From NCBI RefSeq assembly GCF_000181795.1, contig NW_003526944.1:491383-555382 (forward strand): a DNA stretch of 64,000 bases, written 5' to 3'. Position numbers and translations under genes: made by a program. Within the stretch, counting starts at the first letter, position 1; each line of letters begins with the position of its first letter. Source of the stretch: Trichinella spiralis. Taxonomy: Eukaryota. Positions 26,956-40,332 of the stretch are shown here, piece after piece. The notes beneath the pieces are model-generated. The model did no database searches. It was not told where the DNA came from and worked only from the letters and a program-made list of their open reading frames with translations.

Positions 26956-28561
26956 CTTTTTGTAATTAAAATGAACAAAAAGAAGAAGAAAAGTAACTTG
27001 CGCCCGGTTATAAAAAGCTGACTTCCTCTGTCCACTGTGCAAGCAGAATGAAATCAGCAGAAATGAGGCATTTTGTTCATCTATGACAACTGCCTTGTGC
27101 TCACCAGTTATCTTATTTTATTTTTATTCAGTGTGTACTATTTATTCATTTATTTTTTGGTGTGAATGTTTCGTATGTACAGTTTTATTTTTTGTTCGTT
27201 TTCTGTGCCAGTCGTTCTTGTAATTTCAGAAAGCAATGCAGCTGCCGTTTTATCTCATTACTTAATAGTTTCTCAGAGTTGTTGCTTTTTGTAAAGGTTG
27301 TAAAGTTTTATTATAATCAAGCGAGGAAACGCTTGGATTATTCATTTATTACTTTTATAGTGCGGTGCTTCAACATCATTATACACCAATCGAGTTTTAA
27401 GTCTTCCTTTTTTACACAGTTATTGGCAAAAAAACATGATCTCTTCATTGGCCATGTATTCAAAGAAAAAAAAAGAAAAGCTAACCGCGTTTATATGGAG
27501 AGCACATGCGAATAGGAAAAAAACACAGGAAGACAACTCCAATAAGCTGTTTTTTACATTCACCTGGGAGGAACAGATGTTCGTTATAACGGGCATGTGT
27601 TCGACATCAGCTCATCGAAAAGAGTCACGAGTGAATTGCAAATCTTGAGCTAAAAGCAGCTGAAAAATGGTGTTTTTATTTTAAAAAACATTTGTTTTAA
27701 GCCAAGATTTGATAAACATTGAGCAAATAGCACAAGCGATAAGAACAGGCCTTTTTTATAACTAGTAGTGCTGAATTTCATACTGACAGCAAATTTTTTG
27801 CTTACGGCAAAATATATACCATGGATTATGCTAATTATAAAGGTACTTGCAAATCTTACAGTAAGCTATGGGATACTGTAGAGATGAAATTAGGGCAATG
27901 TAATTATTGAAAGTAATAATGAAAATTTTTATTTATTATGTCGCAAAAGCAAAGAAACAATTCGGAAAAAATCAAATCACGCTTTCATGAATGCTTAAAT
28001 TCATGAACGGAACAGCTGCAGTTATAACGACAGATTAAAGTTGAATTTATCAATTGGTGAACATCTTTAAAATTAATCAGGTGTACGATAATAGTAATTT
28101 TGTAAAATTGTACAGTGTATAAAGAATAAAAGCAAAATGAGACAATCATGTAAAGAAGTAGTTTATGACAATTTACACCTGTAATATAATCAGAAAATAG
28201 CTATTTTAATTTAAAAAAAGCAACATTTTATTATAATAGTGAATAAAATAACTATTTTTGAAATTTACATTTTTTAGGCGACATATTTTAACTGAAGAAT
28301 ATCTCTGTACTTATGTATTTAGTTGATAGGTATTTGTCTTACTGTAGAAAAAATTTTGCGACTTGCGGCTTGATATTTGGTCTCTGACAATATATCTGTT
28401 ATCAACTGTTGCATAATTTTTACGTGTAAAAAGTATAATTGAGTTGAACGGACAAACACCAATCAACACACCGTCGTGTATCAGTGGGCAGTTTGGCATT
28501 AAAGTTTATTCGTGACTTCGTGCTAACGTGGCGAAGCGAACTATGCCGCTGCTAGCGAAGA

Positions 28562-31500
28562 ATGTCCCTTGATCAGCGTATCAAAGAAAGCCTTCTTGGC
28601 AAGAGTGCGGTGCAAAGCGGTATTGACAAGAAACTTTGTAACGACATTCAAATAATTTTAAACACAACACTCCAGGTACGTTGAAATGCCATATTATCTT
28701 GTTCCGATTTGTGATGGTCTCAGTTTTTCCAAAAACTATTTTGCATTTCATGATTCTGTAGATAAACATGTTTTCAACTTTCAGCTTACAGTAGTCCGTG
28801 GTGTTTTTCTAGCAGTTATTGCATAAGAAATTTTTTCGAAATTATTTTTTTTAATATCTTAGAGTTTCATGCAACTGTATAATTTTTCTTTTCAACTAAT
28901 TTTTATGTATCGATGATACTGTATTTTTTATTAAAAAACATCTGTGTCGTTTTATACTATGTTCTGAATTTTACTTTTTTTAACTTCAAGTGAAAATTTT
29001 ATATTTTTTTATTTATTCATATTTATTGCAAAAGTTTTTAAGTTGGCAAATTGCCAGTTCCATTTATTGGCCGTAATATGCTTGTCTGCGTTTCTGTTTT
29101 TATTCAGTTGTTTTGTTTCTTAATTGCATCAGTTCATTCATATACATTATCGATCCGTTTCTAGTGACGCTGTACAGTTCCATTTCTCTGAATCTTTCTC
29201 TTTGCTATTGATTTTAGTTTATCTAAATTAACTTTATTTGTTAACATGCCTTTTCTTCAAGTCACTCTGATGAGCTTATTCTTGTAAGCAAAAATTTGCG
29301 GATGATTTTTTGATTAACAACAAGTGTATATAACAACCGCGAACAATTTGTCCTTTTGTCCTTGTTTTTTTGTCCTTGGACTAATTTGTCACTTTTTGAA
29401 AAATTAGTTTTAACGTATAAAATTTAAGAAATCGCATTCCTTTTTGGAACAATGGGCACAGCTTCATTTCGTTTCTTTTTTATAAAACGAATGCTGTTTT
29501 TATCCTTTCCCGCCTTACGAAGACTGTATTGTTTTTTTTAATTTTACTTAAATTAGGGTACCTGTTTTTTTGTATACTGTAGATGTAGTATTTGGTTTAT
29601 TTGTCCAAAATTTGTAGCACTTAGTTGCACATATTTATTCATTTATTTGAACGTTTTAAATTTTAACTTGAATTTGAAATGGCATATTTTTGTATTTCTA
29701 CCAACATGCATGGTTATTTTAAATATTCTGTTGTAGAAACTATCTGAGTTAGTTGTTCACTCATGCTTGAGCAGTAGATCGATTTGATTCGATCGATTGA
29801 TTTTATATTACTGCGATGTTGATGTTCAAGTATATTTAGTGCTTTTAAATACTTATAAAAATATTAAACAGTTGAATTAAGTGTACATTTTTACACATGT
29901 ACAGATACGTCTTCTGCTGTTAGTTTTACATTTTACTTTTGCGAATAACATCGAAATTTCAGTTTTCAATTTTCCAGTGGGAATAATTTTTTAAAAGAGT
30001 TGCTGATAGTGTTGTAAATATGTTGTTTTGTTATGGTTTTTATATAGAAATTTCTTTTACATAAGCGAGTATTCGTTTTCCGATTTAATTTTTTACACAT
30101 TTTCACTAGTAATTTTTTTCTGTTTTTTTATTTTTTTAGTTAGCTAGTTGTATGTGGAAGAATTTTAAGCTTTTTACTGATTTTCAACTTTGTGAAAATA
30201 GTCACATTGATTTTAATTTAATTTTTTAATTAGCGTTCCTTATTTTTTATGAATTGGTTTTATTTTTATGCTTCAGAATAATTTTATTTTATGTTATTTA
30301 TATTTGAAATATTTTTTGCCGAGTATTTTTTGTTTTATACCTGTGCTTCACTTTTAACTACCGTCTGATTGCGTTGATGAACAACGAAACAAACGAAAAA
30401 TGTATTCCATTTAAAACATCTAAAATTGCTTAATTAATTTATGATTAAAATGTTTTTTTGCAAATCAAGGTAACTAATTGTTGATATTGTTTATTGAAAA
30501 AGTAATTATGTAATATTCAACTTGTTTTTCATTGTTGAACAGAAATTTAAGTTAGACATGTAGCGGTAGTTATTATCCTATTGCTGCCTGTTATTTGGTT
30601 ATTATTTTTTGTGAAATTTTTTTTATCAAGCTTTTATTTCAGTGCAGAGCATGTTGGAAAATTTTTTCTTTTTGATTTTGGTATTTCAGTTTTTAGCACA
30701 GATTGAAGAAAATGTTGTGCTTTCTGTTTGTTAAACTGAACGTTAATTTATGTTTTGCTTTTATGCACAGTTGAAATGTATTTTTGAGAATTTTTCTGGA
30801 TAAAATTAGTAAGGTATAATATAAGCTGTAAATTACAGTTTTTTTGGATAAAATTAATATTTTTTATTCTAAAATTAGGTATTGAAATAGATCTGCAATG
30901 CTTGCAAATATTTTTTGGCAGCTGAATTTGAATTGCGTTTCTTTTAACTTTAGTTTGTGCCTGCGAAAAAACCTTTTAACCATCAAACGGAATTGTACTC
31001 CTCAAAATACATTTGTTTGAATAAAAGTACGATGTTGGCAAAATCAGAAGACTGTAACGGAACCGATTCGGAAAACAGTCCTACGAGTAATTAATTAATT
31101 ATTGTTATTCCATTTATTATTTATCGCCTTGCTTTGGGCTTTGAGAATTTGAATTTTTTTAATGAATTTGCTTGATTATTTAGCTTCAGTTTCTTTGTCG
31201 TCGCATACCTGCGATGGGTTGCCAGTTCCACAGTTTGATTTGTATCCGTTGCACAAATTGAAGCTCACTTGGAATGCAGAAAATCAGTCTTCTACAGGTG
31301 AATGTTAGCTTTTCTTTTCTTTTTTTTGTTTTACATTAGTTTGTTTAATCATCGTCGGGATGATTTTTCAGGTGTCGGTTTGCAGAATCTTGGAAACACG
31401 TGCTTCATGAACAGTGTTCTTCAAGTGTTGACAAATACACCGCCCATGGCTAATTATTTGACTTCTGGCGAGCATGGCCGACAGTTGTGTGAGTAGTAGT

Positions 31501-34500
31501 ATTGCGATCAAGTACATAGGAATGCAGTTGTAGAGGAGAAGAAATGAATTGAAATTAATCGTTTAATTCTTTGACAAATTGTCCACTGATTTCAGGTCCG
31601 GGTACTAATGGATTTTGTGCTATCTGTGCTTTGCGCAGTCATGTGAAGCGTGTTTTTGCGGCAGCCAAATCCAACAGTGGTTCATTTTCTCCAACTCATA
31701 TTGCACAGCATATTCGATGTAAATTGAATTCTGTCGACGTTCAACTGAATTTTTAATCGTTTTGTTTTTTTATTAAGGTGTTATGAAATCGCATTCACAT
31801 GGTCGTCAAGAAGATGCGCACGAATTTCTTCGCTACTTTGTCGATGCCATGCAAAATGCGGCGTTATTTCCATATCGTGGCAGAAAGTATATATATATTT
31901 GTTTGTTTGTTTGTTTGCTTCATAGTTTAAAATTTTATTATTATTTTTTTCTTGCAGCCTGGATATTTTTACCCAGGAAACATCGATAATTAGTCGCATA
32001 TTTGGTGGTTTTCATCGTAGTCAGAGTATGTGAAATTTATTTATTTATTTATTTATTTATTTATTTGCTTTAAAATGATTATTACATATTTACCAGTATA
32101 TGTGTTTTAGTTGTTTGCAACAATTGTCAATACGTGTCGGTAATTTATGATCCGTTTTTGGATTTGAGTTTGGAAATCAAGCAGTGGAATACTGTCGAGC
32201 ATGCCATGGCACATTATACAAAAATGGAAACGTTGTCAAATGATGATGCGTACAATTGTCCACGGTATGTATGAATGGACTTTTTTTTAATGGACAAATG
32301 CAAAAAATTTGTCGATTTCAACAAGTTTCATTTAGGTGTAAGAGACGGGTATCGGCGAGGAAAATTTTGACTATTCATTCTGCCCCAAATGTGCTCACGA
32401 TCCATTTGAAGCGTTTTGACCATTTTGGCAAGATTGACCGTCATATTGGCTACTCGGATCGTATGAATTTACGACCATTTATGACGGAAAAGCAGGTAAC
32501 TAACACGTACTGTAGTGGTAGTGGTGATATTATTAATCATGAATGGTATTGTTTTAGGGACCTCCTGTTAATTACAGACTTTATGGAGTAGTGATTCACA
32601 ACGGCCGCTCAACGAACTCGGGTCACTATTATGCGTTTGTTTGTAACCCTCTGGGACAATGGCATTTGATGGATGATTCGCGTGTTTGTCCCGTATCGAG
32701 CGAGAGTGCGTTGAAAGCATCCGCTTATGTATTATTCTACGTGCGCGTCACTACGCCGACAGCCACTGTCAAACCGCAAGCGAAGCTTGACATTCATCCT
32801 GTGAGTGGAATAGAAAGAAATATTTCAAATAGAAATGTGAACAGTAATAATTGTGATTTTTGTTTTTCTTTTTTTCAAAGGTCCAGCCACCAGTATCTGC
32901 GACGACGAATATAGTCAAGAATAAAATATGTCGTAAGCAAATGAGAGGAAGAGGAGGAGGGGGCATGTAGTTTTTTTTTCTTTTTTTTTATATTCAATTT
33001 ATATTGTTTAGTATTCAAACCGAGATCAGTAACAGTGGAGAACAATATTAAACCGTTGCAAATCAACTTGAAGCACAAAGTTGTTGTTACAAATGGTTCC
33101 GCATTGAGCAATAGCAAGATGAAGCGGCAAGATGCTGGTGACAGCAGTAAGGTGGAGAAAGTGTCACTTTTGAAAAAGAGCCAAACCCATGTTGTGAAAA
33201 GTTTGGTCCCATACGAAGATGACAACACTTCAGATGAAACTGCCGATCCACCGAAGTAAATTGCTGTTTTTTTTGCTAATTATTTTTCCCAAAATATTTG
33301 TGTGTATGCAAATTTTTTTATTTTGTTCTAATTTTAGATGTGTCCAAGGAAATGCTATTTCCAGTTTGGAATTTGACGAAGCGGAAATTTCATCTTCGCC
33401 AAGTATGGATGAGAAGATGTATTCAATTTCGTCTACAGGGGTACTTTTTTCAAATTGAAATATTTGCAATTGTGAATAATTTTTTAAATTCTTTTTTATG
33501 GTATTGTTTATATTTTAGCATTCCGCAACAAATACTCCATCTAAAGATTCAAATAACGAATTTGAGGAAAGAGAAGGAGAAGATGATGATGTTGAAGACG
33601 ACGACGAAATAGTAGTTATAGGAGAAGAAGAAGAATTCGAAGGCGAAGAAGAAGATGTTGACGATGATGAAGAAGAAGAAGAAGAAGAAAGTTTTGGGAC
33701 TGTGCCAGGAGGCAGCCACACAGACTCATCACCAGATGTTGCACCTGTTAATAAACCTGCTTCGTTCAGTTCATCATCTAAATCTGTGAATCGCTTCTTT
33801 GATCACAGTGTTCGGAAAGTCCCATTCTTATCTGATAACGTCCAATGCAAGGAGGATGTTAATGCAGAGTACATTGTTTGTTATTATTATCAGTGTTATT
33901 ATTCCATTTTAATTATTTTTCTTTCTTAACTGTTTTTTGTTAAAGAAAGAAAATTAGCAGTGTGAATGGTGCTGAATCGTCGGATTTATGCGCTGGTAAT
34001 CTTCCCAGTGACAATGATGATGATGATGATGATCGCGACAACGATCGCAGAGATATCTTCTCTGTGAAAATGGAGGAAGAGCATTCAAAGCAACATGCCG
34101 AAAAACCAAAACGGTTTTTCACTAGTCGGTATGTTGTTGATTTGGTTGTATTTCGAGTAGTTTTATTTTCTTGATTTGTCAATTTTTTCTAGGGATGTAT
34201 CAGCATCATCATCGTCGAGCCGAAGCAACTCCCTCATTAAGCAACAGCGGTCGAACAGTAGCAGTAGCCTTAGCGATAGTACGTTTTTATTTAATTTTCT
34301 TATTTTTCTTTTTGTCTTTCATTTGATATTTTTATGAGAGAATTATTATTCATACGTTAAATTTATTTTAACATTGCTTTTTACACTGTTTTGTAGATCA
34401 TGCTGATTTGCTGAAACATTTGAAAAGTTACACTGGCTGCGCTTTGGGACCTTCAGGTTGTAGAAATTATTGATCTTTCCAGTGCATTTATTTATTATAA

Positions 34501-34650
34501 AAGTAATTTTCAGTGAAAAGTTGGACTGGTGAAATGAATTCAGTGGATCGTAGTCTTGCCGATGAAGCCAGGAAACGGCGTTTGTTGAAAGAGTTTAATG
34601 AAGATGAAGAAGAGGACGAAATGTTATTGAAAAAGAAAAAAGTAAAATAC

Positions 34651-34681
<31 letters not shown>

Positions 34682-34834
34682 CTTGAGGATTATTATATTA
34701 ATGATTTGGGGTTTTTTGCAAATGCCTCCTATATGTAGAATAAGAAGAAATTGAACGGTATGCGTCAACATGGCGATGGCAATCCATTCCAACAACTGCA
34801 GGATAGACGTAATGGCATAATAAAAGGAGAATGA
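28562..34834 (+). CDS. USP36: Ubiquitin-specific protease, USP36/USP42 (scrawny) family, multi-exon
   Basis: Cys box [36 protein letters not shown], His box [13 protein letters not shown], acidic tract and basic C-terminus ending [10 protein letters not shown]. Exon 1 (28562-28675, [12 protein letters not shown]) splices in frame to 30954 (FVPAKKPF...SKYICLN), resembling the USP36 N-terminus. Confidence 0.9.
32036..32066. repeat. (TTTA)n microsatellite in a USP36 intron
   Basis: Direct reading: run of ATTT/TTTA units. Confidence 0.85.
34654..34681. repeat. (AT)n microsatellite in the last USP36 intron
   Basis: Direct reading of an alternating AT run. Confidence 0.9.
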
Positions 34835-36187
34835 GCAGAAAAGGCGTGGACGAATATGAATACACTGTTTTTGTTTTTGTTTTTTATATACATATTTTTG
34901 TACCTCCCCTCCCCCCCCCCCTATGCCCCTTGTCCCCCTCTCTCTTTCTGTCTCTGTTTTCCTGGTTTTCCTTATTATTTTCCTATTATTATTTATACAG
35001 ATTATCTGTTTATCTATTTTTGTCTGTTTTTCGGCTATTTGGTCTGCGTTATTTTCTTCCTTTCTCATCCATTTGCAATTTTTCCAGCTTTGTACATCTG
35101 ACTTTTCTTAAAATATGAAAGTAATATCATCACTAACTTTTCGAAATTTGTTTGTTCGTCTGTGCCAAGGTCATGGTCAGTTGACGTTCTCGTTTATGCT
35201 GAATAATAAAGATTTGATAATGCTTACGAATGTAGTTTAATTGTACAGATATTACATGTTCAATTATTCTATACATTTCATACAACAATAGCATTGTTTT
35301 ACTCAAATTGTAGATGATTGTTTTGATAAAACATTCATTTATTTGTATGTGGTCAATTTTTTTCAGAACATTTTAATCGTACGATCAGTTCAGAAGAAGC
35401 AGCTTGATGCCGTTGATTTCAGCACCTGCAGTCTTCTTTGAACAAACTTTCATTTAACAGGCAAGCAGATTTTTTAATTTTTAATTTGAAATTATCGTAC
35501 AGTATGCAATTGAAATGTACAGTATGTTTGAACTGTCATAAATGTTTAATTTTAATGTATTTAATTTTTTGTTAAAGAAGCAGATTTATTTAGCCATGGA
35601 TGCAAAATTTGAGATTTTTGGTTTTCCTGTTTCATATTTTTATCATGTTTTGAAATTTTGCGTCTTACTAGAGCGTATTGAAAAGAGCGTGATTATCAGT
35701 TCATTTATTTTTATAATTTTGTTTTAAAAATTCACAGCAACGCTGCAATGGAAAAGTCGAATCAGTCAGTCAGTGTAACAGAATTTTGGAACAAACAAAG
35801 TAATTAATTTTTTTTGCAAAATGATGCTCATCTGCATCAGAGAGCAGTGTTTGAAAAGCCCACATCCTGAGGCTGCGCATCCTTGAGATGAGTTTCACGC
35901 AGTTGTCCGCTGTTGATTGAGCAATGAAGATAGATATATACATTTACATACATGTATGTATATGTATAGGTATATGCATGTGTGTGTATGTGTGTAATTT
36001 ATAATTTATGAGTGAACGAACGATGGCTGCATTATTTGTTTTCTTCCATTTTTGAAGCAGTGTCCACGGGTTGGTTTTGATCATTGCATTGATGAGCTCT
36101 GGAGGATCTGATGATGATAACTATTTTGATCGGGTTTGATTCTCTTTCCTGACATCTTGGAAATTTCACAATTATTGTATTTGTTGC

Positions 36188-39100
36188 TCAATTACGACAA
36201 TAAGTATCCATATAGCTGTGCTGCTGTATTTTTTTGTACATTTCGAAATGATGTTTCCATTCGGCAATGTACTCTTCTTCCCATTTCATCATTTGTATTT
36301 TCCACTTCATCTCGACATCACTCAAGCTAGCTGAAAAATAGTTTCACATTTATCATTTGATTCACTGAAGTGGGGAGGGGCAAGGGGAAATTGGACTTCT
36401 TCTTACCCGTAGCGGCGAACAGCTTCGGGATGTACTGACTCCAGAAAGTGCACTGTCTTCTACGTGGTCCATGTCCGGTACCGTTTGTCGAAGCGGATAG
36501 AATTAAATAAAGTTCATCTTGAGAATATTTTGGCCATAGTTCTGGTGTCCAAGTTCCATCCGGGTTTACATTTGGATTGCTAAGAAAAACAAAATAGGAA
36601 AAAAAACAAATTTGACAAAATTTCCATTGTAATGCGGCATTAGAAATTATTGTTTATGTTCAGTTGTTATATTAATGTACAATGTTAGCACAAATTGAAA
36701 TAATATTGAACAGCAAAACAGACGGAAGAAGTTGTCAAAAGAACTTGTTACAGTGCTATAATGGTATAAAAGTGTGGGGTTATTAGTTTGTTGATTTTCA
36801 TTTGATTGTACGTATATACGATAGTTGCATTGCTTGTTTTTTGAAAAATTTGAAAAATGGAATAAGAACAGAAATTAATTATAATTATGAAGTGAAGTAA
36901 AAAGCAAAGCGAGAAGAGTGTAATGGAGAGGGCGAGGGAACGAGAGAGTAATAGGAAACTATGCAGAAGAGGAGGAGCAGGAGCAGAATTGGAAATAAGA
37001 ATAGATTTAGAATTTAAAGAAAAATTGTGTGGTGAAATGAATGCTTGATTTGACAGCTTTGATCGATAGATATAGCCTGTTGTTGTCGACGTTCAAGAAT
37101 CCAGGTGAAGAACGTTCGTATCAATGGTTTCAATTTCAGCCGACGTCTGACAGAAACTTTGACTAGACTTTGTGACATAGTTGTGAATGTGTTTGCTTCC
37201 GTTTGCTCATCTAACTGAAGCTAACAGCTACTAACTTACTACTACTGCTTGCCAACACCACTAGATTGGGAATCTCACGCAGCTGTTTCACAATAGCAGC
37301 AAGCCGTGCATGCCTGAGGGTCGGTCGGCTGTGGCGGAAAATCAATTTTTTATTCCACTTTAAAATCTCATCTTGTACAACGATTGTATTGATTTTTTAA
37401 GCCTGTGTTTGCGAGGTTATTTCCTTTTTTTACACCGTGCTTCAAACAACAATCATTTCAGAAATTTGTTGTTTCTCTTCATCACATTTCACATTCACCA
37501 CCAACCACATACATTGATTATCAACGGCCAAATAATTTGAAATTTTTTGACAATTTCGAAATTCATCAAATGGGGAAATTTTCTTGTTGTTGTTGTTTTT
37601 AATAATTAGCTTCAACAACAATAATCGACAAATGAAAAATATTCCCAATTATGAGATTGGTCAATTGCATATGTGAAAAACATATTTTCATCAGTTAGTG
37701 GGGATGTATTTTTCTTAAATTCTTTTTTTTTGGTCAGAGGATTTAGTGGTTAGTGAAAGTTTCGCTACATTTTTCAATAAAGCGTAATTGCCTGAGCGTC
37801 GGAATCAGCAACGGAAAAATGAATTTGCCGTTCGTTGATTTGGTGGAATGGGAAACAGCATGCCTGGCCTGCTGCACCGTGCGGAAATTTGGCGTCAATT
37901 ATTTTAAATTAATTTTCAGTTGATTGCACAATCTGCGAGTCTGGGCAACGATTTATTATTGTTGCATGCATGCATCAGGGGCGATAGTTGAAAAGTGGAA
38001 GAATACTTGAACACTAGCCTAGACTTATTTCATGATAAATATTAATTTTTTAATTGTCCAACTGTACAGTTTTCTCTTTCTGTAATAAATTATAATGAAT
38101 AAATGATGAAATAATGAATAAAAAAGAAAATAATAATTGATGGGGCAGTGCAAAACGAACTCTACAGAGCAAAGCAGCAGCAATGGAAGACAGGAAAGTT
38201 GCTTTAATTGGTTTTAAAAAAATTAAACTCCTTTATCGATTGTAAGTGGGTGCAGTGGAGTGCACTTCGATGCACTGAATCACTGAATGCATGAATCTTT
38301 GAAGTGCAAAAGCAGATGAAACGAAATAATTGAGGTTTCGATTTACGTTCCAAGCTACGGATGAAAATGCGTCAAGCGAAATTAATTAACACGCTTCATT
38401 GCAATTAATGTTTGTTTCCCTGCAATTGTGAGCTAGCTAGCAAGCTGGCTTTATACAACTTTATCACAATCATGATGATTATTATTAGAATGATGGGTGT
38501 TTTTCTATTTGAAATTATCATAACAGTTAACATTTTGAAAAATTTGAATTATATATATATAACAAAGTGAATATGAGGTGGTGTTGAACAGAATTTACAG
38601 AAAAACGAATGCGTATGCAATATAATTACCCTGTACGGGCAAAGTTTGCCCAGTAGCGCATGAAGCGTCGAGCCAAGTCTTTTTCAGCTTCGGTATAAGC
38701 AAACTGTTTCACATTTAGAGGTTCACCGAAAACGTAATTAATCTCGTATCCATGCAACACGCCCATCCACTCTGGCCACTGTTGTTCACTGGAACGTTGA
38801 GTGAAATAGTAGCTGTAAACTGGTGAACCGTGGTCTCGAAATCGACGTGCAAATTCATTGACACCGCACGTGAAATGATAATCGCCGAACATTTTGTCCA
38901 AAGCTTGCTGGCGTCGTTGAGCAGTTGCTGGACGGTCGAAGTCGGTATATTCGAACAGAATAGCACGATGCACTATTGGATTTTTCCGATACTTTTGCGG
39001 AAGCAGTGCATAAACTGCTTGTTCGAACAGACGATCGTCGACCAAGAATTCTTGTTTAGTGAACACTTCGTCACGTTTGAAAATCTTGTCCACGTAGTAG

Positions 39101-40332
39101 ACGATGAAATAGATGCTTTCGTCGTGGTTGCTGCCCAACAGCAATTCACACTTCTTGAACTGACCCGACTCAAGCAACGCTTTCGGCTGTTCGGTCAGGA
39201 AATAATGGTCAACAACCGGTGTCCAGGGAAAATCTAAAAATTCGTACGTTACCCATTCGTGTTGCAACAGTTGCGACACTGGTGCTTGTTGCAAGCATCG
39301 GACCAAAGCCAGCAGGTCCGGGTTGCGATCACGGATGGTCACGTTGCATTGGCAAGCTTCGGACAACAGTAAAGCACGTTCGATGAGCACGTCGGCATTT
39401 TCCAGAGCCCAGGGTGCGGTGGCAGCTCCGCTCTGCAGTATTGCTCGTTTGTAATATGGACTGCTGAGCGGCGACAACAGATGCAAGCTGACACTTGCGG
39501 CGCCAGCACTTTCGCCGAAAAGTGTCACATCTGCAGGGTCGCCTCCGAAGGCGGCGATATTCCGGTGGACCCATTTCAAAGCTTCCAACTGATCCAGCAA
39601 GCCAGCATTGCCCGGCGCGTCGGCCAAGCCCAAGTAGAGAAAGCCGAACAACGAGACCCGGTAGTTCATCGACACGACGACCACATCCTCTTCGCTGCTG
39701 AGGATTTTTCCATCGTAAACGTCCAACGACGCCGTGCCCGACCAAAAACCGCCTCCAAATACCCAAACCATCACCGGAAGCAGTCGTGGTCTTTGGTTGA
39801 TCTGATGTCCGGCCACCCAGACGTTCAAGTGCAGGCAGTCTTCGTCGAGCGGTGTGTTCGCATTCCACATTTCAGCGCCGGCAAAATTTTGAAAATAATT
39901 ATCCCTGCTCTGCGGACACGAACGCGGTTGACGTGTCGCCTCGAACACCTCAGTCCAGGGCTTTTTGCTGATCGGTGGTCGAAACCGTCGCCTGCCTGTC
40001 GGCGGTTCAGCGAACGGTATGCCCAGAAATTCCGTCACCATCTTACCAGCTGCACTGTATGTCAGTCGACCACGAACTGGACTGCCGTCGTGTAGACGAA
40101 CAATCGGTGAGAGGGTCTGCTGGTCGCCGTTGTATTTTTCACCCACATGTTCATCTTCTTCAATTCTAGAGCTGGCACTTTGACGTGGCTGATCCAACGG
40201 GCTGAACGGCGGTTGACTGGATTCACTTGGATTTGGTCCGTTGAACACAAGCAACAATAATATCCACGACGACGACCACCACCACCACCACCACCAACAC
40301 AGTGACAACATTGTCCAATTCTGATGCGGCAT
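36188..40332 (-). CDS. ace-1: Acetylcholinesterase class A with C-terminal T (WAT) peptide; exons 40332-38630, 36579-36407, 36330-36188 (672 aa)
   Basis: Signal peptide, GAEMWNAN (choline-binding Trp), GGGFWSG oxyanion hole, FGESAG Ser, NHDESIYF Glu, GVLHGYEI His. The last exon encodes an aromatic-rich tail SLSDVEMKWKIQMMKWEEEYIAEWKHHFEMY...YCRN*. Exon phases add up to an intact frame. Confidence 0.95.

Noticed and set aside
34652..35118. Several ORFs over the USP36 3' end
   Set aside because: Produced by low-complexity AT, poly-C and pyrimidine tracts in the intron and 3' UTR.
38261..38308. Hairpin TGCACTTCGA...TTGAAGTGCA in the large AChE intron as a possible pre-miRNA
   Set aside because: The stem is short with large asymmetric bulges and I recognise no miRNA family.
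38830..40183. Overlapping ORFs of up to 204 aa within the AChE large exon
   Set aside because: Alternative-frame and antisense shadows of a GC-rich exon.
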